Source: Ruditapes philippinarum (taxonomy: Eukaryota). From it: a stretch of 64,000 nt of DNA. Positions 1 to 13,472 of this stretch are shown here, one piece after another. The translations under genes were made by a program, and so were the position numbers. The notes below the pieces were generated by a model that did not search any database, was not told the origin of the DNA, and worked only from the letters and a program-made list of their open reading frames with translations. The stretch lies in assembly GCF_026571515.1 (NCBI RefSeq), contig NW_026860885.1:1-64000 (forward strand). The letters are read 5' to 3'. Positions within the stretch are counted from its first letter, which is position 1. Each line of letters opens with the position of its first letter.

Positions 1-148
1 TGTATGTAAGAAAATTAATAAACATAAACAAAATCTTGCCCACTTTTTTTATAATGACAATATATGGATTTTTCATTGCTGTCCTGTGTGTTTACACTAT
101 TATCATGCTCTTATATAAAGTCAAAACATTTAATGTGTTCATGATACG

Positions 149-303
149 GAATCAATGATAGCTAAGAGTTTTGTTTTGATAATCAAATTAAACGGGGTCA
201 CTTGATTTCTATTATAAATCAATAATTAATTAAACAGAATCAATGATAGCTAAGAGTTTTGTTTTGATAATCAAATTAAACGGGGTCACTTGATTTCTAT
301 TAT
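149..303. repeat. Short direct duplication (~67 bp, 88-bp spacing) followed by an AT-rich low-complexity tract
   Basis: GAATCAATGATAGCTAAGAGTTTTG...CTTGATTTCTATTAT occurs at 149 and again at 237. Confidence 0.9.
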
Positions 304-1019
304 TGATTAATTAATTAATTTATTTATTTATTTATTTATTAATCAAATTGATTAATTAATTGATTGATTAATTAATTCAATCAATCGATCCTTCGAATTA
401 ATTTTTTTAAGTTTTTTTAATTATTGATTTTGCACCGATATTTATTACAACCAAAGAAAAGAAATATTAGAAATTACGCTTTCTTTTGATAGAAGTGATT
501 TAGTTCCTGAGCGATTTTGATCAACTACTATCAAAGATATAGAACGGATTTATTTATGATTATTAATCCTAATAATGTGTTTTTGTATTTTCTTTTTTGA
601 AGAAAGTATGTGTCATAGATATTGATATTGTAGCAAAATAGAAAAGAGAAAATATTGTTAAATTTATCATTTAGCCGTAATGTTTTGTCTATCTACGTGT
701 CTCTATATATATACCAAAATTTTCCCCGGCAAAGAAAACATAAAACTGATTTTCATTATTAAATATGAATAAGATATCCGGATAAATTTCCACGTTGGTT
801 AAACATCCTGGTATGGTATGTTTTATGACTTGTTTAAATATCGTAATGCGTAAATAGTTAATTGCATCAATGTATAGTAAGTGCAGTGAAATGTGAAATG
901 ATATTTAACTTTCTTCGATGAAATTGTAGGGTTGTGCATTATGACAAAAATAAAATAAAACATAAATAAAAAGAATATAAATTGAATATAGATATATATT
1001 AATTGAATATAGAAGACAC

Positions 1020-2210
1020 TGTACTTATATTACTTTTGTTTGCTGATGATATGGCTATTTTTAGGTAAATTCGAACACATTTAGATTAAGATAATTTATT
1101 TTTATATTGCAATACTTTGGGTCTAAAAGTAAACACGTCCGAAACAAAAATTATGTTGGTTTTTGTTTGTTTGCGCCAAAATGAGTCGTGTACCTATGAA
1201 TGCCATAATATCGAGGTAGTAGACAGTTTTGATTATTAAATAACGTTATAAATTATACGGGTAGATATACATTGAACCAAGAACATTTGGCTGGTAAAGG
1301 TCTTCAAGCTATTTCTACTTTATTATATAAATGTAAAACATGTAACTTAGAACCTGGAAATAATTGCTAATTGTTTGATGCTTTAATTTGTTGGTTCAAT
1401 TTTAGGAAACGCTTCTAAAATATGGAGTTTAACAAAGTCTAAAGTTTTAAAACGAATTCATTTGAAGTTTTTCAAACGAATATTACATGTTAGGTTAAGT
1501 TGTATATGGACTTGGGAAGATATCCGTTAAGCTGGATATGGAGTTGGGAAGATATCCGTAGCATATAAACCGCTATGTAAGGGGATAAATATTCCCGTTT
1601 AAACATTAGCTCGAATGATTAATAATTGTGTAAGATTTGTTTATAAAATAAGCGCTAACCACTGTAATAACGGTTATATTATTTTGATTTTTCATGCTAA
1701 GAGGATTTAAGATAATTACGGATTCACAAATGCATTTGAAAACCCTAGTTCTCTAAATGTTAACGCATTTATTTGTGAATTTAAATGTAGATTGATAGAT
1801 ACTGTATGGAAATATTAATTTAATTTGTATAGAATATTTAAAACTACCCTTCAATATGAAATATACTTAGATTTATTACCAAAGATATTACGCACTGATT
1901 TGGTTAAACTTAGAAATTCCTTCCATCCTTGAGAATACAAATAGAGAAGCATACCAGTAATAATTTACCAAGAAACGAAAGATATTGTTTATGTAGTAAC
2001 ACAAGGGATATTGAAGGTGAATTCCACTTTATTTGTATATGTCATTGCTATTCTCAAATAAAAAAGAAATATATCAAACATTTTTTATTTTGTCAATCTA
2101 TCTGTTAAATTTCATGATTTGCTTACTTCTTCAAATAAAAACAATATTGTTAAATTGTGCAAATATATGAAGGAGGCATTTGTTACTCAAAATTCATTTA
2201 AAACTTATAT
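1020..2210 (+). mobile_element. Decayed 5'-truncated non-LTR retrotransposon (RT C-terminal half plus Cys/His tail; RTE-X/CR1-like group)
   Basis: Fragmented translation gives YLLLFADDM (RT YADD motif) at ~1025, YGxLGRYP at ~1505 (locally duplicated), and RYCLC...DIEGEFHFICIC at ~1980-2050. Many stops and frameshifts. Confidence 0.8.
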
Positions 2211-2808
2211 GACTCTATGCTATAGTAATTATTACCTTACTGTCTTTGTTATACATGTATGTATTATATGTAAATATATGTTAAAATGCATATGATAAAA
2301 CTTTTGTAATATGTTCTAGATATGTGACATCTTTATCATTGATGTTTATGTATTAAGATGGTATACGTATGTACATGTCTAATTAAATGTCTTTCTGTTC
2401 TGTTCATAAACAACAACAACAACAACAAAATTTACAAAATGTTTGAACGTGTAAAAGCGTGTCAACTTTAAAGAACAAATGTACGGAAGCCCTGGAGGGA
2501 CATTTATTATTTAATAATTATTACTTATTACTTAAAACCAATAATCATTATTTAGCACATATACCCCGTTATTTATAATTTATTACTTATTACTTATTAC
2601 CTATTATCTATAACTTATTATCTGCCAGTGGCGGGAAATAATGAACACATGGTGCAAAATGGATGTCAAAAGTACACTTCTGTGAAAAGTTACATTGTTA
2701 CGCAGCACAAGACAAAAACCAGTAACAGAGGGTATGTAATGTTGTTTTTTATTAAATCAAATCCTATATGTGCTGGTGTATCTTAAAAGTTACATGTATA
2801 TACTTGAG

Positions 2809-3311
2809 AAATAACATCGGTCTGAGTGGTGTTTATCGGTTATTAAACACAAAATTAACCAGGAAGGCCGTTTTCCTGAGTGGTAACATTTTGCATCAAA
2901 ACGACAAATAGGTGTTTAATAGCCGATAAAGACCGCTCAGATCGATGTTATTTTGTTTCTAACATGACCACAAAGAGCAAAGTAATGGAGATTATTGAGG
3001 CTTTTTTTTCAAGCGGATATTATTTCCGCTGCCAATTTTCACATTTGGCTGTTCTATTCAACATCCTCCATACACTATGGTAATTAACAAACAAAAAATA
3101 ATGAAGAATGCATTTTTATTTCAAGTATCGTACGTTTCTGTCTTATTTAAGTATTTTTTACATCGGAGATAGATAAATCAATTTTATCCCAATTTTATCA
3201 CCAACTCATATAACTTCTATATGATGTAATTCTGGCGCCTTCATGCATGCCAGAAATAACGTCATCAGCTGGTTCTAAATATTAATGAATTTATAACATC
3301 AGTTGAATAAA
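2809..3311 (+). mobile_element. Hairpin-headed non-autonomous element (Crypton-like architecture), partial
   Basis: AAATAACATCGGTCTGAGTGG..TATTAAACAC (2809-2850) pairs imperfectly with GTGTTTAATAGCCGATAAAGACCGCTCAGATCGATGTTATTT (2912-2953). The 3' boundary is uncertain. Confidence 0.55.
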
Positions 3312-3457
3312 GGTAAAAATAAAACTCAAAACTCGGCGCAAGTATCGATCCCTTTGTGCTACTTATGCATGTTACACAATGGAAAGGGAAAATATCAATG
3401 AAAAGCATAATTAATGTAGTAATATTTATCAATCTTTTTTTGTAAATTGCAGGTCAG

Positions 3458-5225
3458 ATGGAAATGCTTTGGAGTGCAAGGGTTGTACTGTTCTCAACAA
3501 TTCTGATAAGCCATGCAGGAGCTGTTGTACCTCATAAAACACCACCAGTGAATCAAAATAAACAGTCTAGACTAAATTTGGTGAAAGAATATTTCAGGGA
3601 TGGTTTTAAGTACTTTGAAATCGTTCTTCTTTTATTTTCTCAACACAATATTAAAATCAGCATACGGCACTTGAAGCGAATATTGAAGGCGAATAATTTA
3701 TGCCGCCGAGGAGATGTTCTTACCGCAAATGATGACGTTATTAAAGATTTGATAGAGAAAGAACTTCAGTACAGTGGAAATTGTATCGGCTATAGAAGTA
3801 TGTGGCGTCGTTTAATGTACGACTATAAATTAAAAGTTGAGAGGCATGATGTAATGCGGTTAATTAGAGAAATAGATCCTGAAGGGGTACGCTTGAGAAA
3901 GGCCCACAGGCTAATTAGAATGAAATATTGTGCACAAGGCCCCAATTATATTTGTCACGTTGACGGATACGACAAACTTAAACAATTTGGTTTGTGTATT
4001 CATGCAGCAATAGACGGGTATAGTCGTAGAATTATCTGGTTAGAAGTTGGGGCAAGTAATAACGATCCAAAATGCATCGCTGATTATTATATTGAATCGA
4101 TTAAGACTTTAAAACTTGTCCCTCGTATGGTTAGAGCTGACTGTGGCACTGAAAACACACACATCAGTTTTCTACAACCCTTACTTCGACGGAACCACAA
4201 TGATTCAATGTCTGGAACCAATAGCCTATGTTTAGGAGAAGTACCTCGAACCAACGAATCGAAGCCTGGTGGAGCTACCTGCGACGTCAAGGAATACACT
4301 GGTGGATAAATAAAGTGAAAGATTTGCGAGATACTGGCAAATTTAATCGCTTAATCCGATACATAGAGAATAACAGGTTACTGTCTTTTGAGAAAGGGTT
4401 TCTCAGACGAGGTTAGATATGGTCCTGGAAGGGGCGAGGCTTGCCGAGCCCCTTCCGGACCATATCTAGCCGAGTCTGAGAAATCCCTTTCTCAAAAGAC
4501 AGTAACCTGTTATTCTTTTTATCATGCCTCTATTATGATTTTGCATCTTATTTTTTTAATTCGGGGCGCTAATTTCTGAAAGTACGGTAACCACAAGAGG
4601 GTTATACGCCAAAACAGTAGTCCTAGGGTTTTTACCAATAATTTTATAACACAACGCAATTTTTGGTACAATTTGCTTTAACAATTTATTTACTGTGTAT
4701 TATCATAAATATTCAGCAAAGTCAATTAAACAATACCAACAATAAACATCATCAGTGCTGATCTTGCGTAGGAATATAGTGTTCTCAAGTCACTGACTGA
4801 GAAAGGTTGCTGTTCTCAGACAGGCTTTATCAGGCAGTTGTCATAGTAATGGCATGATAAATATAGAGTGTGTCCGTTTTTGCCTTATGGATGTTCTGCA
4901 AGCAGAACTAGACCGTATTGCAAAACACTGGAATTTACACAATATCCGACCTCAGAAAAGTGTAAACGAACTTCCTTCTGGTAAGCCAGATATATTATTT
5001 TACGTTCCAGAATTATTTGGTGGATACGAAATGGGGAAAAGTGTTGACGATATTGAACTAAATCTTTGCCAAGAAATGTATGCTACCCCCAAACAAAAAG
5101 AGAGAGCAGAATTCCATGAACTGGCATACCTTCTTAAGCCAAATCTACAGATCCCGTGTAATGCAAATGATGGTTTAAAGTTATATGAAGAATTGATATG
5201 CCTTTACGATCAAGAATGTGACTAG
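3458..5225 (+). pseudogene. IS3EU DDE transposase (integrase-like), disrupted by a frameshift and a 500-bp insertion
   Basis: Motifs GYRSM, HVDGYDKLK (D), HAAIDGYSRRIIWL, RADCGTEN (D), STSNQRIEAWW (E, after a frameshift at ~4228) and WNLHNIR..PSGKPDILF. Acceptor TTGCAG at 3447-3452. Removing 4369-4868 fuses ...RYIE to CVRFC in frame. Confidence 0.9.
4369..4868 (+). mobile_element. 500-bp hairpin plus second-IR non-autonomous element inserted in the transposase (Crypton-like)
   Basis: Near-perfect palindrome at 4368-4515. Second IR pair TTTATCATGCC (4518-4528) and GGCATGATAAA (4851-4861). Flanked by direct ATAGAG (4363-4368, 4863-4868). Its removal restores the host reading frame. Confidence 0.8.
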
Positions 5226-5638
5226 CATATGCGCATGAACAGTAGCATACTGAACATATACATATATATACGAATGATTGCATAAATGTCTTTTGATAAT
5301 TTAAAATAAAGTTGTGATATATTCAATAACTTGAGTATTAAATGGACACAATTTTTTTGCTTAACATTACTTCTATACAGCCTCTTAAATACTATAATTT
5401 TCACTTTAGTCTTTATTTGCATTATAAAGGTTTGCTTTACTGACAATTGAGATATATAAGAATACACTTTTGTATGGTACTTGTGTTATTTAATATCTAA
5501 TTTACGAAGTATTCTTTTGTATTATAAGTGTTTCTTTGTTCGACAACTACCGAAAATGAACAATTGTCTGTAGACACTGGAATCTAAGTAACCCAAATTC
5601 GAAGGGTCCTTAAAGCGACTAGCTAACATATTTACGGA

Positions 5639-6035
5639 ATTTATCTCGAAAGATAATATTGCATCATTTTCATAAATGTATTTTTCACACACCCGTGCCG
5701 ATTTTGAGACTCCGTAAAAATGCTATTGCGCGGCCGTGCATATATTTTGACGTGACGTTATTAGCGTTATACAAATATAATGTAAAGAAACGCTGAGTGT
5801 TAGCGTTATACTATAGGTGCGTCAATGGAAAATTACTCTTATTTCACTTTTTAAAAACGGTATTTATATTGTGTATGTGATAAATAGAATATTAAATTCG
5901 TGTAAGTTCATTACTGAATTTATTGCACTCGTTGAATAAAATAATATTATGTATGCCAGAGGCTCGCATAATATAATTTTATTCAACGAGTGCATTAAAT
6001 TCAGTATTGAACTTACACTCATTCAATATCCTCTA
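5639..6035 (-). mobile_element. Hairpin plus second-IR non-autonomous element, reverse orientation
   Basis: Palindrome arms at 5900-5942 and 5976-6018. Second IR ATTTATCTC (5639) and GTGATAAAT (5877). Confidence 0.6.
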
Positions 6036-6119
6036 CATGTATATACAACTAAACCATTGATACATGTCTTGATTCAGCAAGATTATTTAACCGAGTTTCA
6101 ATTTTTTATTAGTATTAAA

Positions 6120-6500
6120 TTTTTAGCTTGTCTATTCAAAGTATATGGACAGCTGTCCAATTCAGCCAGGCGTCCGCGTCCAGATTTCAGATTAAAGATT
6201 TTGTGCAGTTAAATATTTTTTTCTATAACTTTTTCTTGAGTTATCAACTTCAAACATACGTTCCATATCATCAACCACATTTTATGTGTTAAGGTTCATA
6301 ACTCTAAATGCAATATTTTCAGAATTATGTCCCCTTGAACATAGCATTTTCCTAAAAAATATTATGTTTTACTGTAACTTATCAGGAATAAAATTCATTG
6401 TTAAATTTATGACACCCTTCACCCAAGGAACAATCCTGGCAAGTTGCGTTGAAATTGGACTTGTGGGTTTTAACAAAAGGATTTTTTAAATTCACTATAA
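6120..6500 (+). mobile_element. Degenerate HINE/pearl-like (Helentron-associated) fragment
   Basis: TTTTAGCT.. start, GGCGTCCGCGTCC microsatellite-like block and a CATAACTCT...AATTATGTCCCCTTGA core motif. Confidence 0.45.
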
Positions 6501-7582
6501 CATATGCACGCACAAACATGAATCGCAAAATATGGCAGTGGCACAAAGAATTATAAATTTTAATTTTACAGGATTCGGACCAGGGTCTCTAGTCTGTTTA
6601 TAAACGAGTAATGCTTCAATTTGTACAAGACTCAGATGTATGATTTTATTGGCTCTTATGAAATGCTTTTACTTTGGCCTATGGAAGGAGCTGTTATCAT
6701 TAGCAGTTAATGTCTTGTTGTGTTAATTAGTTTTATTTTGATTCGTAAAAATCAAGTAAACTAATACATGTATGTTGTTATATTTGTATTTAATAACATT
6801 ATGTAAAAAGCATTTGCATTGTGATATTATTTTCACGAAATTGCAGCTTGTCCCTTAGCTTTATTGGCAATACTAAAGCCCGAATTTCGAATATCGTTGT
6901 GGTCTACATTGATGCTGTATTCTTTTTCATTCATTTATATATTTTCAAAATGTTCCTACAAGAAGAACGTTCACCTGTAAATGAGTATTAAGATTGGTAT
7001 TGGAACTGTTGTAAACGATTATCCTATTGATTTTATCCATATTACGTTTATCTATTGCACAGATTGATTGTTTTTACAAAGTGTACCAGTATCCGGATGT
7101 TGAAAGCTATTTGATTTACTGCAATTACTGCTGTCACATGGCCATCTAACTTTTTATGAATACTTTACCATTACTTTGCATGGCTTAATAAACCTGATCC
7201 TGCAACATTTCATAATTTTGCTGTTTAGGGTGTTCTTTTGGGTTTCAGGTTTTCTCTATTTCAAGGGGAAGTAACTCATGTTTACAAAATTATTTATTCT
7301 TTTCTGTCTATCTTAATTATTACTTACTATTTTTGTAGTATAAAATTTACCAGTTGTAAAATTGTTTAGTGGATATAAAAATGTATAAAAATATGTGCAT
7401 TTGCATGTCTCATCGTTCAATTCATACTTTCATTGCATACAACAAATGAAATCCCTAATTGATGCTTGTCACATGATGCTCTGAAAAAAAAAAATCTTAA
7501 AACACTGTCTCTGTTGAATATTTTTCAAGAGAACATTTGCAATGGTCATTTCTAATGTTATGTTAAGAAGGCAATATGTATA

Positions 7583-9474
7583 GGATATCGACCGAGTACG
7601 AGGTCTTTCTGTTTAGGAAAGAACTGGTCACGAATTTCATGTGACACCGAGAGCGCGTAGCGCTCGAGGTGTTTCATGAAATTCGTGACCAGGTCTTTCC
7701 TAAACAGAAAGATCGATGTACGAGGCCGATATCCAACTTACACACCGTTAAACTATTGGCTTGAGCTGCATTTGATGTAATGCACAAGATTACTTTTAAC
7801 ACAGCGCATATACAAGTAAGCTTTTATTAACGTTCTGTTTAAATATATAATTTGCATTTAACTCTGCTTTTCCCTTTAAAATAATAATCAAAAAAGCTAA
7901 GTGTGTAATTTGTCAATAATAAAGTCAATGGGTCTGTAATGGAAGGTATGTAAAAGAATGAATAATTATGTTGATAATATTTCGTATCAGACATTGTTGT
8001 TTCTAGGACATTTGCTGCCGGACAGTTGGCCCCTCGGACGTTTGCTTCCTGTTTTTTTTTGCTATGGCAACTTGTCATATGTCAGAGGGCATCTCTTGTA
8101 TAAATTTTAAGTATGTAATTTAATAATGGAAACGTTCTATTTCATTTATTTATGGATGTTATTTTGTTTTCACAAATTTGCGCGAAAGTTTGTGTATTGA
8201 AGCACAACGGAATTTCGACAATAGAAGATGAAGTTTGGTATCAATTTAACAATGTAATATTTCAACTTTTTTAAAACGGGGTGGGGGGTGGGGGCAAATG
8301 TACGCCCCTTCCAAGGATATGAAGGGTGCAAATGTCCACCACAGCAAACTTCCGAGGGGGCAAATGTCCGGATACCCAGGAGACTACGAAAGACTTGCAT
8401 ATGAATATTGTTGTCTGAGATACATGATCCTATATTATATTTTATATAGCAGATTATAAATTGTTATGGAATAAAACATGATCGTTCAGCATATAAATTT
8501 GTATACTAAATCACCTATAACGTTATTAACATTTCTTTTAATCAAGAATTCTTTTAATAATACAGTTTTACCGTTTCTATCGGTATTTAAAATTATAATG
8601 GGAGATGTGCCCACCCTACGTTGACCAATCCACTTTAAGTACTTGTATATGCATGATACTATATAGCAAGTTTTGGAGTATATTTATACAAAATTCTTTT
8701 AACGTTGTTGTGTAGCATTCTTTGAGACTAAGTCCTTGCTTCGACGGTTTTCAGGGCATATCTGTTTTGATTTTTCGCCGGTTGAACAGAACGGCAATGC
8801 TGCCAACACAAATAGAGCAAATAGAGGGGGAGGGGATAAACGGGGATTTAACAATCTGAGTGATCCCGCGGTTGGGACTTCGCTATTAACAGTGGGTAGC
8901 TGCGGTTTCCAATGCAAAGCATATTCAAATAGGCATTATTTTAATCACAAATTCGTTTGAAACGGACATATTCTCGTTATATTTTTTCGATATGATTTTT
9001 CGGTACAATTTTTATGTACTATGGATTTTTTAGAACGTTTAAGATGTTTTAAATGAATTTGAAGCGTCTATTTTTGTTACATTGTGAACTTAATGACAGA
9101 AGATCCGCTTACATTAATATTACTTTGAAAAACTTTGATACCCTGTCCATAATTTTATTCAAATATTTGATATAGGGATGTTGGAATTATTGCTAAGTGC
9201 ATTCATTAAACATCCAGATTTTGTAGGTCATAGACAGGAATGTTATGACAATCATATACATTTTATTTTCATTTTCATTTTCTATTGCATATCATGTTGT
9301 CTTTGCATGCGCATAGGCAGGTCTATTTTTTCACGCGTTTTTCATGACCGGGTCTGTCTGACTAGAGCAGACCTGTGCACGTGCAAAAGATAGACCTCAT
9401 AACGGACTTTCTTTTGTTTAACAGGTCTATCCGAAAAATATAGACCTGTCACAAACAATAGAGGAGGTGTGTAA
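7583..9474 (+). mobile_element. 1.9-kb hairpin plus second-IR element (Crypton-like) with a nested insert
   Basis: Palindrome at 7583-7734 with a central GAGCGC-GTA-GCGCTC mini-hairpin. Second IR TTACACACC (7738-7746) and GGTGTGTAA (9466-9474). Confidence 0.65.
8000..8378. mobile_element. Small MITE-like element with inverted subterminal GGACATTTGC/GCAAATGTCC repeats
   Basis: Three GGAC(A/G)(G/T)TTG motifs at 8007-8045 and three GCAAATGT(A/C)C motifs at 8294-8370. Confidence 0.55.
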
Positions 9475-9959
9475 CCTTTGTTCATATTGTATCAAAAGAC
9501 CCGATTCAGTTAGTAGAGAAAATGTATCTGTCTCTACTCCCCTAAAGATATAAATTAATAACAGTCACTGTCTACAGTCTACACTGTGCTGGCAACGGCA
9601 TCTTGCAAGATCCGTGCAGAAGAAATCCGCGAGATAACCGGACTTGAAGATCATGTATAAGTATGCAGGCGAATCCAGAATGAGTTGTCGTAAATGCCAG
9701 ATATTTGGCTTGTACATGTGATAAGGATTACTTTAAAATATCAAAATAAGACAAAAATATTGCGCTAATTTTCACTTACTTATTTTAATTATTAAATTTT
9801 GTCATAATTTTTACTTATAAGCTTAAGCGTTAGATAGTGCCTCTAAAGCGCATTCGTAACAAAGCACAAAAAATCGATAGTTAAAACTTTATTAAGCTTT
9901 TGAAATGTAACCGACAACTTTTTTTACATAAAAACTACAATATATAATTCACTTTAATA

Positions 9960-10055
9960 CGGAAAACAAGAACACAAAAGAAAGGCAGCGTTCAATGAAC
10001 ACAACCCCACACGACCAAGCGTTCAATGAACACAACCCCACACGACCAAGCAAAA
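9960..10055 (-). repeat. Retroelement 3'-tail fragment (GCGTTCAATGAAC motif), internally duplicated; other copies at ~22790-22850 and ~62620-62655
   Basis: AACAAGA..AAGG(C/A)..GCGTTCA(A/T)TGAAC is shared by three loci. A ~32-bp tandem duplication occurs here. Confidence 0.6.
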
Positions 10056-12609
10056 CATAATCTGCAATCTATTCAAAACAATTAAACATTAAAAGTCGAG
10101 ATCCTACTACCATAAAATGACTTCAGTATGGCGAAAGTTCTTTCAGCTTTTCTTATATTTCACTCGTATGGGATGATTTAGTGCAATAATGGGAATAAAT
10201 ATTTTAATGAAATGTAGTTACAATTTCTCTTAAGAAATGACAATAAATATTTGTAGAAATTTATAATACCTTTATTTAACACAAGGTTTTTAACAAAACG
10301 AGTATAGTATATAAACATAAGTGTGTATTAATAATTTCTGTAAGCTCAAAAGCTAATTCTTAAAGGAACTCAACTGAGATTTTTGATATACTGAAATTGA
10401 TTTTTTTTTTGGATTTAAAAGGACTTTAGCATGTTATATTGAAAAAAATATGAAATATTGTCAGGCATCCTATAATAAGATGATTCAAGTCGTCAGTTTC
10501 ACACCCATGAATAATATTCGGTCCATGAATGAAGCAAACAACTTGATTTGGATCAAAATTGACTTGTGGGAAATAGTAAACATTTTCCTTGTCTACCAAA
10601 TATTCTTTATTGTCTTTCTGTACACTAATTACTGAATAGCCATCATTGAAAACATTGTATTCTTCAAGATCATCTTTTGCCAAAGACATAGCAGTTCTGT
10701 ATGATTTAATGAAAATGGAACTTCCTGTATCAGCATATACAGATTGTGTTTTTTTCTCATATGATATTTCCAGCAATCCAGCTTTAATGTTGTTTACAAG
10801 GAAATACGGACCTTCTTCTTTTGTTTTTAAACATTTATCTGTATCCGATTCTGATTTCATTTTCGTTCTTAAGTATAAATGACACTGAGATGGGTACAGT
10901 CCATAAGCTTTAACATACTCTGTGAAGCAACAGGGCAGACCATTTCTGTCTGTGAAGCCTGAAATTTCTTGTCCAGAAGCTGTGACAAGCGTAACAGCCA
11001 TTTCCTCTAATAAACCAAACTTGCTTTTGCCATCCTTTAAGTAAAATGCTTTCCCTTCTACGAGTATTTCATCTACTGTTACTTCTTCATCAGAATTCTT
11101 GTATATATATATTGTGTACCACCTCCATTCCTTTGCATAACAATTCTGTATTTCCCTTTGCTAAAATGTTGCCAACCTATGGGCACCTTGTATTCTGACC
11201 TCCTTCCACGCCCACGACCACTTCTAGTATAAGGACTCGTGTGCTAAAAACAGAATAATATTTAGTTTATAAATTAAAGAAGCCATGTAAATATAATTTA
11301 TCATTACTTATTTCTATACTTTTATTTGTTGTTACTAAATTGTTATTTGTAAGGAGTTATAGATCTATTATAGACTTGGTTAATTGCAACAATGGCAAAA
11401 AGGAGAACAAAGAAATTATTCTAAAAATGTTATTTTAAGTCATGTTTTCAGTATGTTTATATTAAATTGAATTGTTCATTACTCAATACTGCTTCATAAA
11501 AAACTATAATATAGTTGTAGCTATCATTACTTGGTCTTACTTGTTTTATCTTCATTAATATCATTTAATATAAGTTCTTAATAGACTGCATACATCACAT
11601 GACCAAAGTAAATATATGTTTGTCCATATAGCAAACGACAACCATAAATACCAATCTATATCAAATTGATTATGTTGAAATCAAGATAAATTCAATATTT
11701 GCTGTCATAAAACTGGGTGGTGACCCTGACCTATATTCTTTCCAAGTTTCCAGGTCTTAGAAAAGTAATGATGCAACAAGAAAATCATGCATGAAATTAT
11801 AATATTATCACCAAAATTAACTGAGGGTGATAAACCTTTTCTGACTTTTTTCAAATTTGAATATGTTACAAAGACCTGCAGAATTGAACAAATAACCTTA
11901 AAGGTAAATGTTATCTGAAGGTGAAGGTCTTGCTCAAATTGCTTAACATATCAGTTTGTCAAAGGTACTCAATTACGATTAGCATCTGTCAAGTATTTTC
12001 ATAGTTCTGACAATTTGCGCAATTCAATGAATTGGCCTTGATGCCCAAATTCCTATATGAATCATTCATTATGTGCAATTTGTCAACAGTGTTGTTTAGT
12101 CTCAGAATGATAAATAATAATTCAAATAAGAACAATGCAGCATTACATTTAGCAAAATTCAAGAATTAACCTCTAAAGTTGAAGACCATATAAATGTCAG
12201 GATCAAGTTCAGATTGATCAAACTATAGGTACTTTTTAAATGGGTGTTAAGCATGAACATATCAAACACTTTACAGACATGTTTTGGTCAATTTTAGCAA
12301 ATTCAATTTCGTGATCAATTACATCAAGTCTGTTTTCTTGTAAACGTCAAGTTCAGTTGGAATATGATAATGGCATCGAGCATTGTTATAACAATATTTT
12401 TGCCATTAATTGCTAAATTCAGGCAATATTTCACAAGTGGACCTAAAATATAAATCAATGTCAAATTCAGTTTGGGATATTGGAAGCTCTTTTCCTAAGA
12501 GTTATTGTTTTAAGTAAGAAGACAATCCAATCATTAATAACAAATAATGAATACGTAAAGTAATAAATTCTATTACTTAAAGTTTTAAAAGAGCATAATT
12601 CTAGTCAAA

Positions 12610-13472
12610 ACAAGCAATTATCATAGTATTGCAAGCAATCCATAAGTCCCCTACCGATTAGAACCCCAGCAACATTCTGATGGGCCATTGGCCATTCAAT
12701 TTTACCAGTGAATGAACTAAAATCTTTTGAGTTCGAAGTTTGTCTATATCACAGTAATGTGTTAAGTTTCCCTGCCTTAGTAAGTAAATTATATTTATAC
12801 AACCTTGTCATATTATTATGATGTGGGATTTTAAAGTGAATCCTATTAGGAATGAAGAAGTTGGAGTAAAAAATACCAATTTCTCGAAAAAAATCTAAGT
12901 TCAAGGGGAACATAATTCTGAAAATAGTCATGCTAGAGTATTTAACCTTCTCAAAAATGTTGAGTGATAATAAGACACATATAAAAATATTATATGATGT
13001 TTGAGGAACATACATTAGGAAATAAAGAAGTTATTTAAAAAAGACACTATTTTTCATAAAAAATCTTAGTTCAAGGGAGTTAATACTGATACTTTTTGAG
13101 CTAGAGTTGTAAACCTTGTCGCATATGATGTGGATAATGACAAGAAACTTATATTTAAAGTTTGAAGTAAACACCTTAAGAAATAAAGAACTTATGGTGA
13201 AAAAGCTGAAAAATCTAAATCAGAAATCTTGAAATTCAGGCTATTTGTTGCCATAGCAACCAGAATTTTCAACATAGGAACAAAAGGAAAAGACGTGCAT
13301 AATTTCCATACTGCCATCTATCCATATATTAAGTTTCATAAAAATATTTTTAGTATTTTTTGCGTTGTCGCGGGATCCAGTTTTGTGGACGGACTGACGG
13401 ACTAACAGACAGACAGACGGACGGAGGTTTAAACCTGAAGTCCCCTCCGGTTAAACCGGTAGGGGACTAATT
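12610..13472 (-). mobile_element. HINE/pearl-like non-autonomous element inside an intron of the IS3EU partner gene
   Basis: AAGTCCCCTACCG at ~12645 matches the terminal hairpin AGTCCCCTCCGGTTAAACCGGTAGGGGACT (13439-13468). (GACA/GACG)n microsatellite at 13388-13425. Two core repeats containing TTCAAGGGG/TTCAAGGGA. Confidence 0.7.

Noticed and set aside
2641-2731. Coding first exon of the transposase
   Set aside because: The ATG frames either stop or join the 3453 acceptor out of frame, so it is more likely 5' UTR.
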